Positions 36,764-48,501 of a stretch of DNA of 64,000 nt are shown here, piece after piece. Origin of the DNA: Candidatus Latescibacterota bacterium (GTDB lineage: Bacteria; Latescibacterota; CBDEFO01). The notes under the pieces were generated by a model. The model saw only the letters and a list, made by a program, of their open reading frames with translations, did no database searches and was not told the origin of the DNA. Each line of letters opens with the position of its first letter. Within the stretch, counting starts at the first letter, position 1. Location: the NCBI GenBank assembly GCA_965237525.1, contig CBDEFO010000008.1, positions 143,607 through 207,606 of the forward strand, given 5' to 3'. Position numbers and translations under genes: made by a program.

Positions 36764-37154
36764 AAAATGTTGATGTTGAGAATATAATTGGTTATACTAA
36801 AAGGCGACATAGAGTTTAGCAAAACAGGAGTGTAATGTCAAGCTCAAGCTCCTTTTGTCCTTAAAATTTCAGTTTGGGGAATATGAGATTTCTTCCTCCC
36901 GATAGATTCAATCGGGGGCGCTGGCAATGACTAAGGGAGAGGTCATTGTGAGGAGGTCTGCCGCCGAATGATTCTATCGGGGGTTCAATCGTGGACTCAA
37001 GAGAAGGGAGAAGGTGCTCCTGTATACTGGGCGAACACGTGGGGAAAGCATTCATCTGTTGTAGGGGCAGACCCGTGTGTTTGCCCTGAAATGATGACTA
37101 CAATGTGAGGAGGAACCCTTCCTTGATTCCTTGAACCGAAAGGAGCACCAGATA

Positions 37155-38200
37155 TGAGGGCACTTTCAAAGTGGGAAAGACTATCGAAAAGGCAGTAACG
37201 TTCCGCGAACAAGGTCAGTATGAGAAAGGAGTTAAGGTTGCTAAAAAGGCTTTGAAAGTAGCTGAGAAAACTTTCGGTCCAGACCATCCCTATGTGGCGA
37301 CCTCCCTGAACGGTCTGGGGTTACTTTATTATTCCCAAGGCAAGTAGGACGAGGCTGAACCCCTTTTCAAGCGGGCACTGGCAATGAGGGAAGAAGCCCT
37401 TGGAAAAGATCATCCCGATGTGGCGGGCTCACTGGGCGGTCTGGGGTTACTTTATTATTCCCAGGGCAAGTATGACGAGGCTGAGCCCCTTTATGAGCCA
37501 ATATGGGAAAAAGCGCTTGGGACCACCCCAATGTGGCGGCTGGACAGTCTGGCGGATCTTTACAGGCTCAAGGCGAGTATGAAGGCTGAGCCCCTTTATA
37601 GTCCCTGAGAAAGCGCTCGGAAAAAATTCCCGATGGATGACCCAGACAATCTGGCGGAACTTTATTATCCCCGATGTCGAAGCCGAGCCTCTTTACAAGC
37701 GGGCACTGAAGAACATTTGGTTCTGGCGGAATCTACTTTTTATTCCCAGGGCAAGTATGTCAGGAGCAACTGGCAATATGACCTTGGAAAAGATTCTAGG
37801 CTGAGAGATCAGGGCTTTAGCCTCTTTATAAGCGGTCACTGGCAATATGCGAAAAAGGGAATCCCTATGTGGCGAAGTTACTTTATTATTCCCCAAGTAT
37901 GTCGAAGTCGGCCTCTTTATAAAGACTGACATCCTTGGCAAAGACCATCCCGCTGTGGCGGTCTCCCTGACCGGTCTGGGGTTACTTTATTATTCCCAGG
38001 GCAAGTATGTCGAGGCTGAACCCCTTTTCAAGCGGTCACTGGCAATAAGGGAAGAAGTCCTTGGCAAAGACCATCCCGATGTGGCGACCTCACTGAACAA
38101 TCTGGCGGAACTTTATTATTCCCAGGGCAAGTATGTCGAAGCCGAGCCTCTTTATGAGCGGTCACTGGCAATATAGACGAAAAAGCCCTTGGAAAAGACC
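37155..38200 (+). pseudogene. heavily degraded TPR gene (cassette 4): premature TAA/TAG codons and many small deletions within repeats
   Basis: MRALSKWERLSKRQ* right after the start; broken repeat units such as ...EPLYEPIWEKALGTTPMWRLDSLADLY. Confidence 0.7.
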
Positions 38201-38499
38201 ACATAGAGTTTAGCCAGGATGTGGCGCTCCTCACTAAAACAGTCTGGGGAATATACTTTATAGATTCAATCGGGGGCAGGGCAATGTATGACGAGGCTGA
38301 GGAGGTCTGCCCCGAATAATTCTATCGGCGGGTTCAATCGGGGACTCAAGAGAAGGGAGAAGCTCCTGTATACTGGGCGAACACCTGGGGAAAGCATTCA
38401 TCTGTTGTAGGGGCAGACCCGTGTGTCTGCCCTGAAATGATGACTACAATGTGAGGAGGAACCCTTCCTTGATTCCTTGAACCGAAAGGAGCACCAGAT

Positions 38500-39855
<1,356 letters not shown>

Positions 39856-39909
39856 TGGCAATATGGCACAAATTCACCTTCGGAGAATTTCCATTTTACG
39901 GATAGCGCA

Positions 39910-40959
39910 ATGGCAAGGATAAGGGACATCGGCATAAAAATAGGCGACCTTGAAACGGGCAAACTCAACTCCATCTCTGACGTCGAGGGCACGAAAGTAG
40001 GGCACGTTGACATAGGTGATGACGGGTTAAGGACTGGAATAACAGCCGTGGTGCCTCCCGGACAAGATAAGAGGAGAAAACTCTTCATCGGAAGATACGG
40101 CGTCAAAGACTGGGACGGAATGACAGGCTTGAGCGTAGCTGAGGACTTCGGGACGTTCTCATCTCCCGTAGTTTTGACGAGTGCTGCAAGCGTGGGCGTC
40201 GTCTATAACGCCTGCATAACCTACGGACACAAAAGAGACCGTGGGCTGCCCATAGACGCCGGATGGCCACCCGTCGTGATAGGCCTGGACGACTCCTATC
40301 TGAATGACCCTGAAAAGGAAAGAGAGATAAAGGAGGACATCCTCTTTGAATGCTTCCAGAAAGCGCAAGGAGAAAAAGTGGAAGAGGGAAACGTGGGAAT
40401 CGGAAGAGGACTGTGCGCCTTCGGACTAAAAGTCGGAATCGGGCAATCGTCCAGAAAAGTCCAGGGCTACACCGTAGGCATCCTTGTAGCGTCCAACGGA
40501 GGAATCAGGAGGAGCCTCACTGTGGATGGAGTTCCGGTCGGAAGACATCTGTCTGTACCCCAGCCAGAAGGCATAGTCACAAGGTCAATCGTGGCAGTAA
40601 CCGCCACAGACGCGCCATTGACCCCCAAGCAGTTGGACCACCTTTCGGAGATGACCGGAGCAGGTTTGATCAAAGGGGGATTCATAGACGCGTATATTGA
40701 CCAGGGATTGATAGTTTCTTTTTCCACTTCAAATTCCATAGACGCTCCCTTCGAGAATCAAAAGACCTACAGAATCAGATCTGTTCCCCAAGGGGAGCTC
40801 TATCCTCTCTTCGACGCTGCCATAGAAGCTGCTCAAGAGGCCGGATTGAACTCACTTACCACATCGAAAAGTGCAGAAGGCAAGGACGGACGGACGATAA
40901 AGGCGATACCCCAAGATCAGCTCGTCGCAATAATGGGAAGATACAGGGGGACCGACTGA
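39910..40959 (+). CDS. DmpA/BapA-like S58 family peptidase (L-aminopeptidase D-Ala-esterase/amidase, beta-aminopeptidase type), the only intact copy
   Basis: 349 aa. N-terminal MARIRDIGIKIGDLETGKLNSISDVEGTKVGHVDIGDDGLRTGITAVVPP matches the DmpA-family start. Confidence 0.75.
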   Translation: MARIRDIGIKIGDLETGKLNSISDVEGTKVGHVDIGDDGLRTGITAVVPPGQDKRRKLFIGRYGVKDWDGMTGLSVAEDFGTFSSPVVLTSAASVGVVYNACITYGHKRDRGLPIDAGWPPVVIGLDDSYLNDPEKEREIKEDILFECFQKAQGEKVEEGNVGIGRGLCAFGLKVGIGQSSRKVQGYTVGILVASNGGIRRSLTVDGVPVGRHLSVPQPEGIVTRSIVAVTATDAPLTPKQLDHLSEMTGAGLIKGGFIDAYIDQGLIVSFSTSNSIDAPFENQKTYRIRSVPQGELYPLFDAAIEAAQEAGLNSLTTSKSAEGKDGRTIKAIPQDQLVAIMGRYRGTD

Positions 40960-41964
40960 TCATGCTCGAACCATTTCTTTCAACTTATCTATCTGCTCTT
41001 GCCTTCCCAGAACGATGAGCATATCTCCTTCCTTCAACGTGGTATGCCCCGGCGGCCTTATGGAGACCTTTCCATCTCTGTCCTTAAGTCCGACAACGAT
41101 GCACCCCGTCAGTTCCGGCTTTACAAAGATCTCGTCCAGCAGGGATTTGTCTGCCAGACTCGAGCCCGGCCTTACAAAGACCTCCTCAAGTCCTAAAGAA
41201 ACGTCGTCACCGTGGACCATGACATCCAAAAAATTCACTAACGCTGGATGCAGGATTACAGAGGCCATCCTCAGTCCCCCTATTCTCGGCGGACTTATCA
41301 CTCTGTCCGCCCCCGCCCTGATCAGCTTCTCCTCCACTGTGTCGTCAGATGCCCTTGCCACTATTGCAAGGTCCGGATTCATCCCCCTTGCCGACAGGGT
41401 CACAAAGACATTATCCGAATCTGTATCCAGAGCGGTCACCAGTCCCTTAGCCGTTTCGATTCCCGCCCTTCTCAATACCTCGTCGTTTGTAGCATCACCC
41501 TCTACCATCAGTATGCTGCGACCATCTATCGTGAGATCCTCAGACGGTTTTCGGTCTATCACTACAAAATCTACGCCTGTCCTTACAAACTCGGATACCA
41601 CGTGTCTTCCGACCCTTCCACACCCGCAAAGTATGTAGTGCCCCTCCAGTTTCTCGATTTCCTTCTGCATCTTTCTCCCCTTCATTATGTCTGTTATCTG
41701 ACCTTCCACCACAAAGGCTGTAAGATTCCCAAGAGAATAGGCAACCCATCCGACTCCCAGTACTATAAGCACCATAGTAAATGACTGCCCTAACGTGGAA
41801 AGTCCTTTCACCTCCCTAAAGCCCACAGTAGCCATTGTTATGACCGTCATATAGAGCGAGTCGTGAAGACTCCAGTCCTCTATTAACATATATCCCAAGC
41901 TCCCGCCCACCAAAAGGAAGATCAAAATTCCCATAGAGATAAAGAGCTTGTTCAAAGGTGACAT
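40960..41964 (-). CDS. two-TM pore channel with RCK (TrkA-N/TrkA-C) gating domains; non-canonical filter TVGFRE
   Basis: Pore-helix/filter TMATVGFREV; Rossmann motif ILCGCGRVGRHV. Confidence 0.65.
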   Translation of the reverse strand: MSPLNKLFISMGILIFLLVGGSLGYMLIEDWSLHDSLYMTVITMATVGFREVKGLSTLGQSFTMVLIVLGVGWVAYSLGNLTAFVVEGQITDIMKGRKMQKEIEKLEGHYILCGCGRVGRHVVSEFVRTGVDFVVIDRKPSEDLTIDGRSILMVEGDATNDEVLRRAGIETAKGLVTALDTDSDNVFVTLSARGMNPDLAIVARASDDTVEEKLIRAGADRVISPPRIGGLRMASVILHPALVNFLDVMVHGDDVSLGLEEVFVRPGSSLADKSLLDEIFVKPELTGCIVVGLKDRDGKVSIRPPGHTTLKEGDMLIVLGRQEQIDKLKEMVRA

Positions 41965-42091
41965 AGATCTTCACTTTCGACTGAGTCATGTTACGATTAG
42001 GGCTTTTTTCAAGCTACAATCTAAAATCTTACATCAATAATGTCAACTGAATTCGATAAACCTACCCAAATGTTGGAAGAGGCAAAAGTAC

Positions 42092-42119
42092 TTGACTTGC
42101 AATATCGTTTGCGTATATT
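42092..42119 (+). promoter_or_regulatory. sigma70-type promoter TTGACT-16 bp-TATATT upstream of the dehydrogenase gene
   Basis: Read directly from the sequence. Confidence 0.45.
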
Positions 42120-42184
42120 TAGCGTCGGAACCGAACATTCTACTAATGCGAACTATTTTTTGGAAGGTGAAACGGAACGTTACG

Positions 42185-43153
42185 ATGAATCCTTCGCACC
42201 GGCTAAAGATCGTCGTTCCAGCCGACGACCCGCCGCAGATCCAAGGTTCGTCCCATCTGGAGCGGCTCAAACCCTACGGTGATGTCACGCTCTACACTGA
42301 CCGACCCTTGGCGCTATCCGAAAAGATGTCCCGCGCAAGAGACGCCGACATTATGATAAACAGTCGAGGTGCTGTCAACTGGCCCGCTGATGCCCTTTTC
42401 AAGTTGCCCAAGCTCCGTATGATCGCGACCTGTTCCATCGGCACCGACATGATAGACCTCAATGCCGCAAAGGAGCTGGGGATCGTTGTGAGCAACCTCC
42501 CCGGTGCCACCTCTTATATTGTCGCCGAGCACGCAATAGGTCTTATGTTTGCTGCGGCAAAGCGCACAGCGTTCCAGACCTCCGAGCTGAAGGCCGGAAG
42601 CTGGACTCGGATGGACAATATACTGCTTAGAGGCAAGACGCTCGGCGTCATCGGGACAGGAAACATCGGGAAAGAGGTAGTGAGGCTCGGCCGCGCCCTC
42701 GGTATGAAAGTCATCGCCTGGACATTTCATCCCTCCTATGAAAGGCAAAAAGAGTTGGGAGTCCGGTTCGTGGAGTTGGACCAGCTGTTGAAGTCATCGG
42801 ACGTGATCAGCCTCCACATCAAGCTGACCGAAGAGAGCCGTGGGATAATAGGGAAGCTCCAGATCCAATTGATGAAGCCGGGGGCGCTCTTGGTCAACTG
42901 CTCGCGCGCAGGCCTGGTGGACTCTCAGGCCCTGATAGAGGCTCTGAACTCAGGTCATCTTGGCGGCGCGGCGATAGACGCTTACGACGAGGAACCGCTT
43001 CCGCCTGACCATCCGATTCTATCGTGCCAGCAGGTGGTGCTCACCCCCCACAATGCCGATCAGACCCCGGAGGGAGTAGACCTTTTGAACGCTGGAGCGG
43101 TGGACAACGTCATCGCCTTTTTGGAGGGACAACCGCAGAACGTAGTGACTTAA
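42185..43153 (+). CDS. D-isomer-specific 2-hydroxyacid dehydrogenase family (phosphoglycerate dehydrogenase-like) NAD-binding oxidoreductase
   Basis: GKTLGVIGTGNIGKEV NAD motif; C-terminal ...LTPHNAD. ORF listed from 42092; ATG (MNPSHRLKIVV) at 42185. Confidence 0.8.
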   Translation: MNPSHRLKIVVPADDPPQIQGSSHLERLKPYGDVTLYTDRPLALSEKMSRARDADIMINSRGAVNWPADALFKLPKLRMIATCSIGTDMIDLNAAKELGIVVSNLPGATSYIVAEHAIGLMFAAAKRTAFQTSELKAGSWTRMDNILLRGKTLGVIGTGNIGKEVVRLGRALGMKVIAWTFHPSYERQKELGVRFVELDQLLKSSDVISLHIKLTEESRGIIGKLQIQLMKPGALLVNCSRAGLVDSQALIEALNSGHLGGAAIDAYDEEPLPPDHPILSCQQVVLTPHNADQTPEGVDLLNAGAVDNVIAFLEGQPQNVVT

Positions 43154-43160
43154 ACAAATA

Positions 43161-43205
43161 GGCAGTAGCCTCCGATCCCCGAAGGACTCAATCTGGGATT
43201 CAATC
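43161..43205. repeat. REP-like element (CCGATCCCCGAAGGACTCAATCTGGGATTCAATCGGAGGG) downstream of the dehydrogenase gene
   Basis: Member of the GATTCAATCGGGG family. Confidence 0.5.
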
Positions 43206-43312
43206 GGAGGGTAGACGCGAGACCGCTTCCTCCCTAAACCGTTACTGCGATCCGAAGCCCAGAGCGAAGCGAAGAGACTGCCAAGCAGTCTCATTTTAGG
43301 ACAGATGCAACT

Positions 43313-43981
43313 ATGAAATTCACTGACCACCTCAGAGAAAAAGCTGCACCTATATGGGAAAGAGAAATGGAGCATCCGTTCGTATCTGGCATAGGTGACG
43401 GATCGCTCCCGCTCGATAAATTCAAATACTATATGTGTCAGGACTACCTCTTTTTGATCGAATACAGTAGGCTCTTTGGGCTGGCTGTCGCAAGGTCCGA
43501 TGACCTTGAAACGATGGGCAGATTTGCCGAACTCCTTTCCGCCACGCTCAACGTTGAAATGGATCTGCACAGGAGCTACGCTCGAAAGTTCGGCATAGAA
43601 GAGGGGGAATTAGAAGATACAGTGATGTCCCCTACGACGCATGCCTACACCCGACATCTTCTGCATGTAGCCGAAACGGGGACCACTGCGGAACTCGTGG
43701 CAGCCGTGCTCCCATGCGCCTGGGGCTACTGGGAGATCGGAACAAGACTTGCAAAGAAGGGAGAACCGAAAGCCCAACTGCTCTACGGAGAGTGGGTCAA
43801 AACTTACTCCTCACAGGAGTTCGGGGAGTTTGCCGACTGGTTGAAGGACCTGCTGGACTCGCTGTCCCACGGCCTTAACGAGCACGAACTCAGAAAACTT
43901 GAAGGGCACTTCATCACCAGTAGTAGATACGAATACATGTTCTGGGAGATGTCCTACAACGAGGAGGAATGGCCGGTCTAA
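43313..43981 (+). CDS. tenA: TenA-family thiaminase II / aminopyrimidine aminohydrolase
   Basis: FKYYMCQDYLFLIEYSRLFG and a TenA/PqqC-like fold signature. Confidence 0.8.
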   Translation: MKFTDHLREKAAPIWEREMEHPFVSGIGDGSLPLDKFKYYMCQDYLFLIEYSRLFGLAVARSDDLETMGRFAELLSATLNVEMDLHRSYARKFGIEEGELEDTVMSPTTHAYTRHLLHVAETGTTAELVAAVLPCAWGYWEIGTRLAKKGEPKAQLLYGEWVKTYSSQEFGEFADWLKDLLDSLSHGLNEHELRKLEGHFITSSRYEYMFWEMSYNEEEWPV

Positions 43982-44053
43982 TTGAGGCGAGGCATCTGTA
44001 AGTGTAGTGGCAACAATTCCCTGCATTGAGACTGAGACAAGCGGAGAGAGTTG

Positions 44054-44689
44054 CTATTCGCCGCCTCCGGGGTTTATGGGAGCCCCCTCCCAGAGTTGGA
44101 GGAATTCCTGAGCTTGTTGCGATGTGTGCAGATAAGAAAAGCGAGCCACCTGGCGTCCGATGTCCATGACCCTTTCCTGCAGTCGGTCGTCTTTCAAATT
44201 TCCCTCCTCATCGAACGCATTCCATGCCTCGGGGATAGATGCCTGTTCCGGGATGACCCACGCATGGAGCGCACGTCCGACAGTCCGCAGACTGTTCAAG
44301 GCATTCAGACCACCCATCTGTCCCCCCGATACGCCCACAAGCCCGATCATCTTGGCTTCAAACTCGTCGAACCCCATAAGGTCTAATGCGTTCTTCAACA
44401 CGCCGCTGAAGCTTCCATGATATTCAGGTGTCCCCAGAATAATCCCTTGTGCCCGACTTACGTCTTCCCGCAGCTTAAAGGTGTCCTTGGGATAGGCGCT
44501 TTCGTCTTCCTTCCCATCGCACAAAATGAGGTCGTATTCTTTCAAGTCGATCAATTGGGTCCGGACACCCACCTCCTGAGCACCTTGTAATGCCACGTTT
44601 ACTGCCATGCGGGTATAGCTGCCATCTCTAAGACTCCCACAGATGCCGACGATCAGGATGTTGTTTTCCGTATGATCTATTTGATTCAC
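44054..44689 (-). CDS. NAD(P)H-dependent FMN reductase (flavodoxin-like fold)
   Basis: ILIVGICGSLRDGSYTR N-terminus typical of the FMN_red family. Confidence 0.75.
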   Translation of the reverse strand: MNQIDHTENNILIVGICGSLRDGSYTRMAVNVALQGAQEVGVRTQLIDLKEYDLILCDGKEDESAYPKDTFKLREDVSRAQGIILGTPEYHGSFSGVLKNALDLMGFDEFEAKMIGLVGVSGGQMGGLNALNSLRTVGRALHAWVIPEQASIPEAWNAFDEEGNLKDDRLQERVMDIGRQVARFSYLHTSQQAQEFLQLWEGAPINPGGGE

Positions 44690-44775
44690 GGTGATTATCC
44701 TTCTAAAATTAACATGAAGTAAACGTCCCTCAAATACGCTAAGAACGAACCGACTATTTTACCGGATAATCACGG

Positions 44776-45417
44776 CTACAATTGTATCCCCTCATAAAGC
44801 CCCGCTTCATAGAGGTGAGCCGTATCGTTTAGTCTTTCTATCGTACGCTCGTTCCATTGATTCGTTCTGAGCACGGTGATACTCGTCGGTGAAGCATCAA
44901 AGGATACCTCAGACAGCATATCTACCTCTAATTTCAGCCACCAGGCGAGGATGTTTATTATGGTCCCTCCATGTGTGACCAGAAGGATAAGACTCTCCTG
45001 GCTCTCGGTGAGATGTTCCACATAGTTTGACACTCTCAAATAAAATTGACGCCACGTCTCTGCCTGGGGATACGTCTGCCAATCAATGTATGGCTCTGTC
45101 CGTTCCAGAGTGTACTGCTTCGCCTCTCCTACTGTCTTACCCGCTGCGATGCCGTTGTTGAGTTCTCTCAACCGGGGAGCGAGATTTGGGGTCATCCCCA
45201 TCTCTTTGCCGAGTATCTGTGCCGTCTGAAACGCTCGCTTAAGATCGCTGCAATACAGCTTTAAGGGAGTACCCCGGATCTCACGCTTTAGTCTAGATGC
45301 AAGATGAGCGGCCTGACGACGCCCCAACTCCGTCAAACCGGTGTCTGTCCATCCTCCGGTTAAATCCTTCAAATGATGTTCCGACTGTCCATGTCGAATC
45401 AGGACAATTGATTTCAC
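44776..45417 (-). CDS. histidine phosphatase (phosphoglycerate mutase) family protein
   Basis: LIRHGQSEHH catalytic RHG motif. Confidence 0.8.
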   Translation of the reverse strand: MKSIVLIRHGQSEHHLKDLTGGWTDTGLTELGRRQAAHLASRLKREIRGTPLKLYCSDLKRAFQTAQILGKEMGMTPNLAPRLRELNNGIAAGKTVGEAKQYTLERTEPYIDWQTYPQAETWRQFYLRVSNYVEHLTESQESLILLVTHGGTIINILAWWLKLEVDMLSEVSFDASPTSITVLRTNQWNERTIERLNDTAHLYEAGLYEGIQL

Positions 45418-45671
45418 CGAATTGCTCCAGTCTTCAGGATTACACTAATCTAATTATCTGGCCTATGTCCGCGCATTTCTGAGCCAAAACAGAGATCTCC
45501 GTAGCATTGTAATCCAATTGTTCAGGGCCTTTTCAGTCCTCTTTGCCCCGAATGTGATCTAAGCAGAGCCTGCAATCCTCAACGAAAGCATATCGTCCTG
45601 AAGACCAAGCAACGTTACTTCGACTGCCTGATTTAATCCGGGGAAGTGAAGCAATCTCCGTTAGCTTTTCT

Positions 45672-46484
45672 CTATTCCTTTTCGCTGTCTATTCTTTTTT
45701 TGGGTGCTGCAAGTCGGGAGACGAGTATGCTGATTTCGTATAGCAGGACGAGAGGTACAGCCATCATAAGTTGCGAAAGCACATCAGGAGGAGTGAGAAT
45801 GGCAGCGACGATGATTATGGCGATGACAGCGTATCTTCTGCCTTTGCGCATAAGCTCAGGCGTAACAACACCTATCTTGGACAGAAGCAAAGACAGCATC
45901 GGAAGTTCAAAGGCCGCCCCGAAAGCCAAGATGAGTCTGAGTATAAAGCTTATGTAGTCATCGATGTTGTAGCTCACCGCTATGTATTCGGGAGCCAGCC
46001 CAGCGAAAAAGTTCAATCCGATCGGCAGAATTAAAAGGTAGGATACAGAAGCTCCAACTGCAAAGCAGAAGATCGTAAGGATTACCATCCAGGGCACATA
46101 TCTGCGCTCTTTTTCCAAAAGCCCGGGGGCTACGAAGGCCCAAATGTGGTAGAGTACAAGAGGAAGTGATATCATCAAACCTCCGACAAGTGAGACATTC
46201 AATCTGACAAGGAACATGCCGATAGGCCTGACGGTTATCAACTTTATCCCCTGAGTCTTCGCCGGAAGGGTAAGAATATCAACCAGATACTCGGAAAATG
46301 CAAAGCACAAAAGCGCACCACACAGGACAGCAGACAGGGATTTGATTATCCTCCATCGCAATTCTTCCAGATGATCTAAAAAGGGCATCTCCTTGATGTC
46401 GTCGGAGCTCTCCAAAATCTGACGGGAGCCTTCGTCCCGATTCTCCTTGGAGGAGATGTCCTCAGAGTTAGCATCAGGGTTCAC
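45672..46484 (-). CDS. tatC: twin-arginine translocase subunit TatC
   Basis: LDHLEELRWRIIKSL...; six TM segments; start may be the internal MPFLDHL at about 46388. Confidence 0.85.
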   Translation of the reverse strand: MNPDANSEDISSKENRDEGSRQILESSDDIKEMPFLDHLEELRWRIIKSLSAVLCGALLCFAFSEYLVDILTLPAKTQGIKLITVRPIGMFLVRLNVSLVGGLMISLPLVLYHIWAFVAPGLLEKERRYVPWMVILTIFCFAVGASVSYLLILPIGLNFFAGLAPEYIAVSYNIDDYISFILRLILAFGAAFELPMLSLLLSKIGVVTPELMRKGRRYAVIAIIIVAAILTPPDVLSQLMMAVPLVLLYEISILVSRLAAPKKRIDSEKE

Positions 46485-46514
46485 AGAATCGTCCTTATCT
46501 TGATGAGATTGAGA

Positions 46515-46558
46515 CAGTAGACAGCATACAGGGATAGGAGGCGGTGTTCTGTCTACTG
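46515..46558. repeat. 10-bp inverted repeat CAGTAGACAG...CTGTCTACTG (28-bp spacer) overlapping the NUDIX stop; possible terminator or protein-binding site
   Basis: AGTAGACAG motif also at 3383-3400, 3622-3632/3701-3714, 16745-16755, 22312-22325 and 48291-48306. Confidence 0.35.
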
Positions 46559-47110
46559 CTTTGGCGCATCAGCTGAGGCCCGGTGAGCAATTGCCCTGAA
46601 CAGTCCCCAATTTCTGTATTTATCCTCCTTTATATTTGAAAGGCTTTCAGCAACAGAGTCGAGCTTGGAAGGGTTGATCTCCCTCCAGCCGCTTATCTGC
46701 TCTTTATGGTCGTTCGCTTTCAAAGTGCTGTGTCCCTGTTCCTCTAACAAAAATACGTAAGTCCTGAAAGTCTTCCCACTATCGGCGAAAGAGTAATCTA
46801 TAAGGGCTAAAAACCTTCTTATCCCGACTTTTAGGTTAGTCTCCTCTGTTGTCTCCCGCTGCAGGGCTGAAGGTATATCTTCATTCTCTTCTATCCCGCC
46901 TGTAGGTATCCTATATACTCCTTCAGGATAAAAATCCTTGGTCTGGAGCAATATCTTCCCGTTCTCCCTCATCACAACTAAGGCCACTTCCGCCTTCCTC
47001 TTTCCGTTGACCGGCCCGAAATCCCCTGCAGAAAGATGTCCCTTGCGATAGATAGGCTCTCCGTATCTTTCAGATAATAATGCTATTTGATCTCTATCTG
47101 TGTCCGACAT
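46553..47110 (-). CDS. NUDIX hydrolase
   Basis: Nudix box GG.EE.EDIPSALQRETTEETNL. Confidence 0.8.
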   Translation of the reverse strand: MSDTDRDQIALLSERYGEPIYRKGHLSAGDFGPVNGKRKAEVALVVMRENGKILLQTKDFYPEGVYRIPTGGIEENEDIPSALQRETTEETNLKVGIRRFLALIDYSFADSGKTFRTYVFLLEEQGHSTLKANDHKEQISGWREINPSKLDSVAESLSNIKEDKYRNWGLFRAIAHRASADAPKQ

Positions 47111-47124
47111 GGCTTAAATAAACT

Positions 47125-48168
47125 TTAAGTGACAGGAGAATAATCAATAACCTCAGAGACTACCTGCTTGACAGCGTCCAAAGCGTAGTGGACATCGTTC
47201 CAGGTGATGTCTTTGTAAAGCGCAAACCTCACAAGGTGGGGAGTGATGGCTATGATCTGGACGCCTTTGTCCTGCATCTTCTTGCAGAAACCTTTCGCTG
47301 TGATTCCAAGACCAGCTACGTCAGCCATCACTAAATTGGTCTGAACCCTTGAAAGATCTAAGGACAGACCTTCCAGGGATGTCAAACCATCCGCAAGCAG
47401 GCACGCCTTCTGGTGATCTTCTGCCAGAGGCTGGATCATCTGCTCCAAAGCCACGATGCCCGCTGCGGCGATGACTCCCGCCTGTCTCATCTGACCGCCC
47501 ATCATTCTCCTTAGATATCTCGTCTCGGCTATCGTCCCCTCATCCGAACAGAGGATCGAGCCGACCGGAGCACACAGTCCTTTTGAAAGACAGAACGTCA
47601 CGGTATCCACGTCCTGTGTCAATTCCTTTACGTCCACGTTCAGTGCTACAGATGCGTTGAATATCCTTGCTCCATCCAGATGGGTCTTTAGACCGTACGT
47701 CCGGGCTATCTTAAGATAGGACTCCATATCGTCTCTGGACATAGCCGTCCCTCCAACAAGATTGTGGGTGTTCTCCAAGCTGATCAGGTCAATCCCCTCG
47801 GAGGCATTCAGCCTTGTCAGAAGCTCTTTCGTGTCGTCTATATCCAGGTTTCCGTTCGGGAGCTCCTCGACCTCTATGCATCTTATGCCCCCCAGCCTCG
47901 ACAGCCCGAACGACTCGCATAAGGCTATGTGAGTCCGACGGCCCACAAGGGCGGCTTTCCCCGCTTCGACGTTAGCCATAATCCCCAGCATATTTCCCAT
48001 CATTCCACTCGGCACGTACAGGCCATCTTCCTTACCCAGCATCTGTGAGGCCATCGTTTCGAGTCTGTTGACCGTAGGATCTTCGCCGTACCCGTCGTTT
48101 CCTACAGAGGCTTCTTTCATCGCCACTCTCATAGCCTCTGTGGGACGGGACGATGTATCTGTACGCAT
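47125..48168 (-). CDS. ltaE: low-specificity L-threonine aldolase
   Basis: MRTDTSSRPTEAM... (the family starts with ..D.RSDT.T.PT); PLP fold-type I aldolase motifs. Confidence 0.8.
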   Translation of the reverse strand: MRTDTSSRPTEAMRVAMKEASVGNDGYGEDPTVNRLETMASQMLGKEDGLYVPSGMMGNMLGIMANVEAGKAALVGRRTHIALCESFGLSRLGGIRCIEVEELPNGNLDIDDTKELLTRLNASEGIDLISLENTHNLVGGTAMSRDDMESYLKIARTYGLKTHLDGARIFNASVALNVDVKELTQDVDTVTFCLSKGLCAPVGSILCSDEGTIAETRYLRRMMGGQMRQAGVIAAAGIVALEQMIQPLAEDHQKACLLADGLTSLEGLSLDLSRVQTNLVMADVAGLGITAKGFCKKMQDKGVQIIAITPHLVRFALYKDITWNDVHYALDAVKQVVSEVIDYSPVT

Positions 48169-48501
48169 ATCGATCGTATTCATAAGTCAGGTACCTCCCC
48201 TACCCAGAGATCGCTTCGAAGTCTCACTCTTCAAAATGACTGAAAAACTCACTAGGGAATAAACTGTCATTGGGAGTGATAGCAAAGCAATCTCGTAGAC
48301 AGTAGACAAAGACGCATTTCCCCTCCCTCAAACGAACCACAGATGGTGCGAATACTTATGAAGTCTGGGAGAAGTTAGGTGTTAATATAAAAGGAAAGTC
48401 TCTAAAGGTCAAGGTGTTCTGTACCCTTCGTGCAGCCGACACTTACATCACAGAAGATGCTCCGGTAGTGTTCGCCTGAAAATATGGAAACCACACATTT
48501 G

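Noticed and set aside
41015-41638. 207-aa plus-strand ORF overlapping the channel gene
   Set aside because: Antisense to a well-supported RCK-channel gene; Ser/Thr-rich translation without recognisable motifs.
42040-42282. 80-aa ORF overlapping the promoter and 5' end of the dehydrogenase gene
   Set aside because: Overlaps a strong promoter and the start of a well-supported gene in another frame; no motifs.
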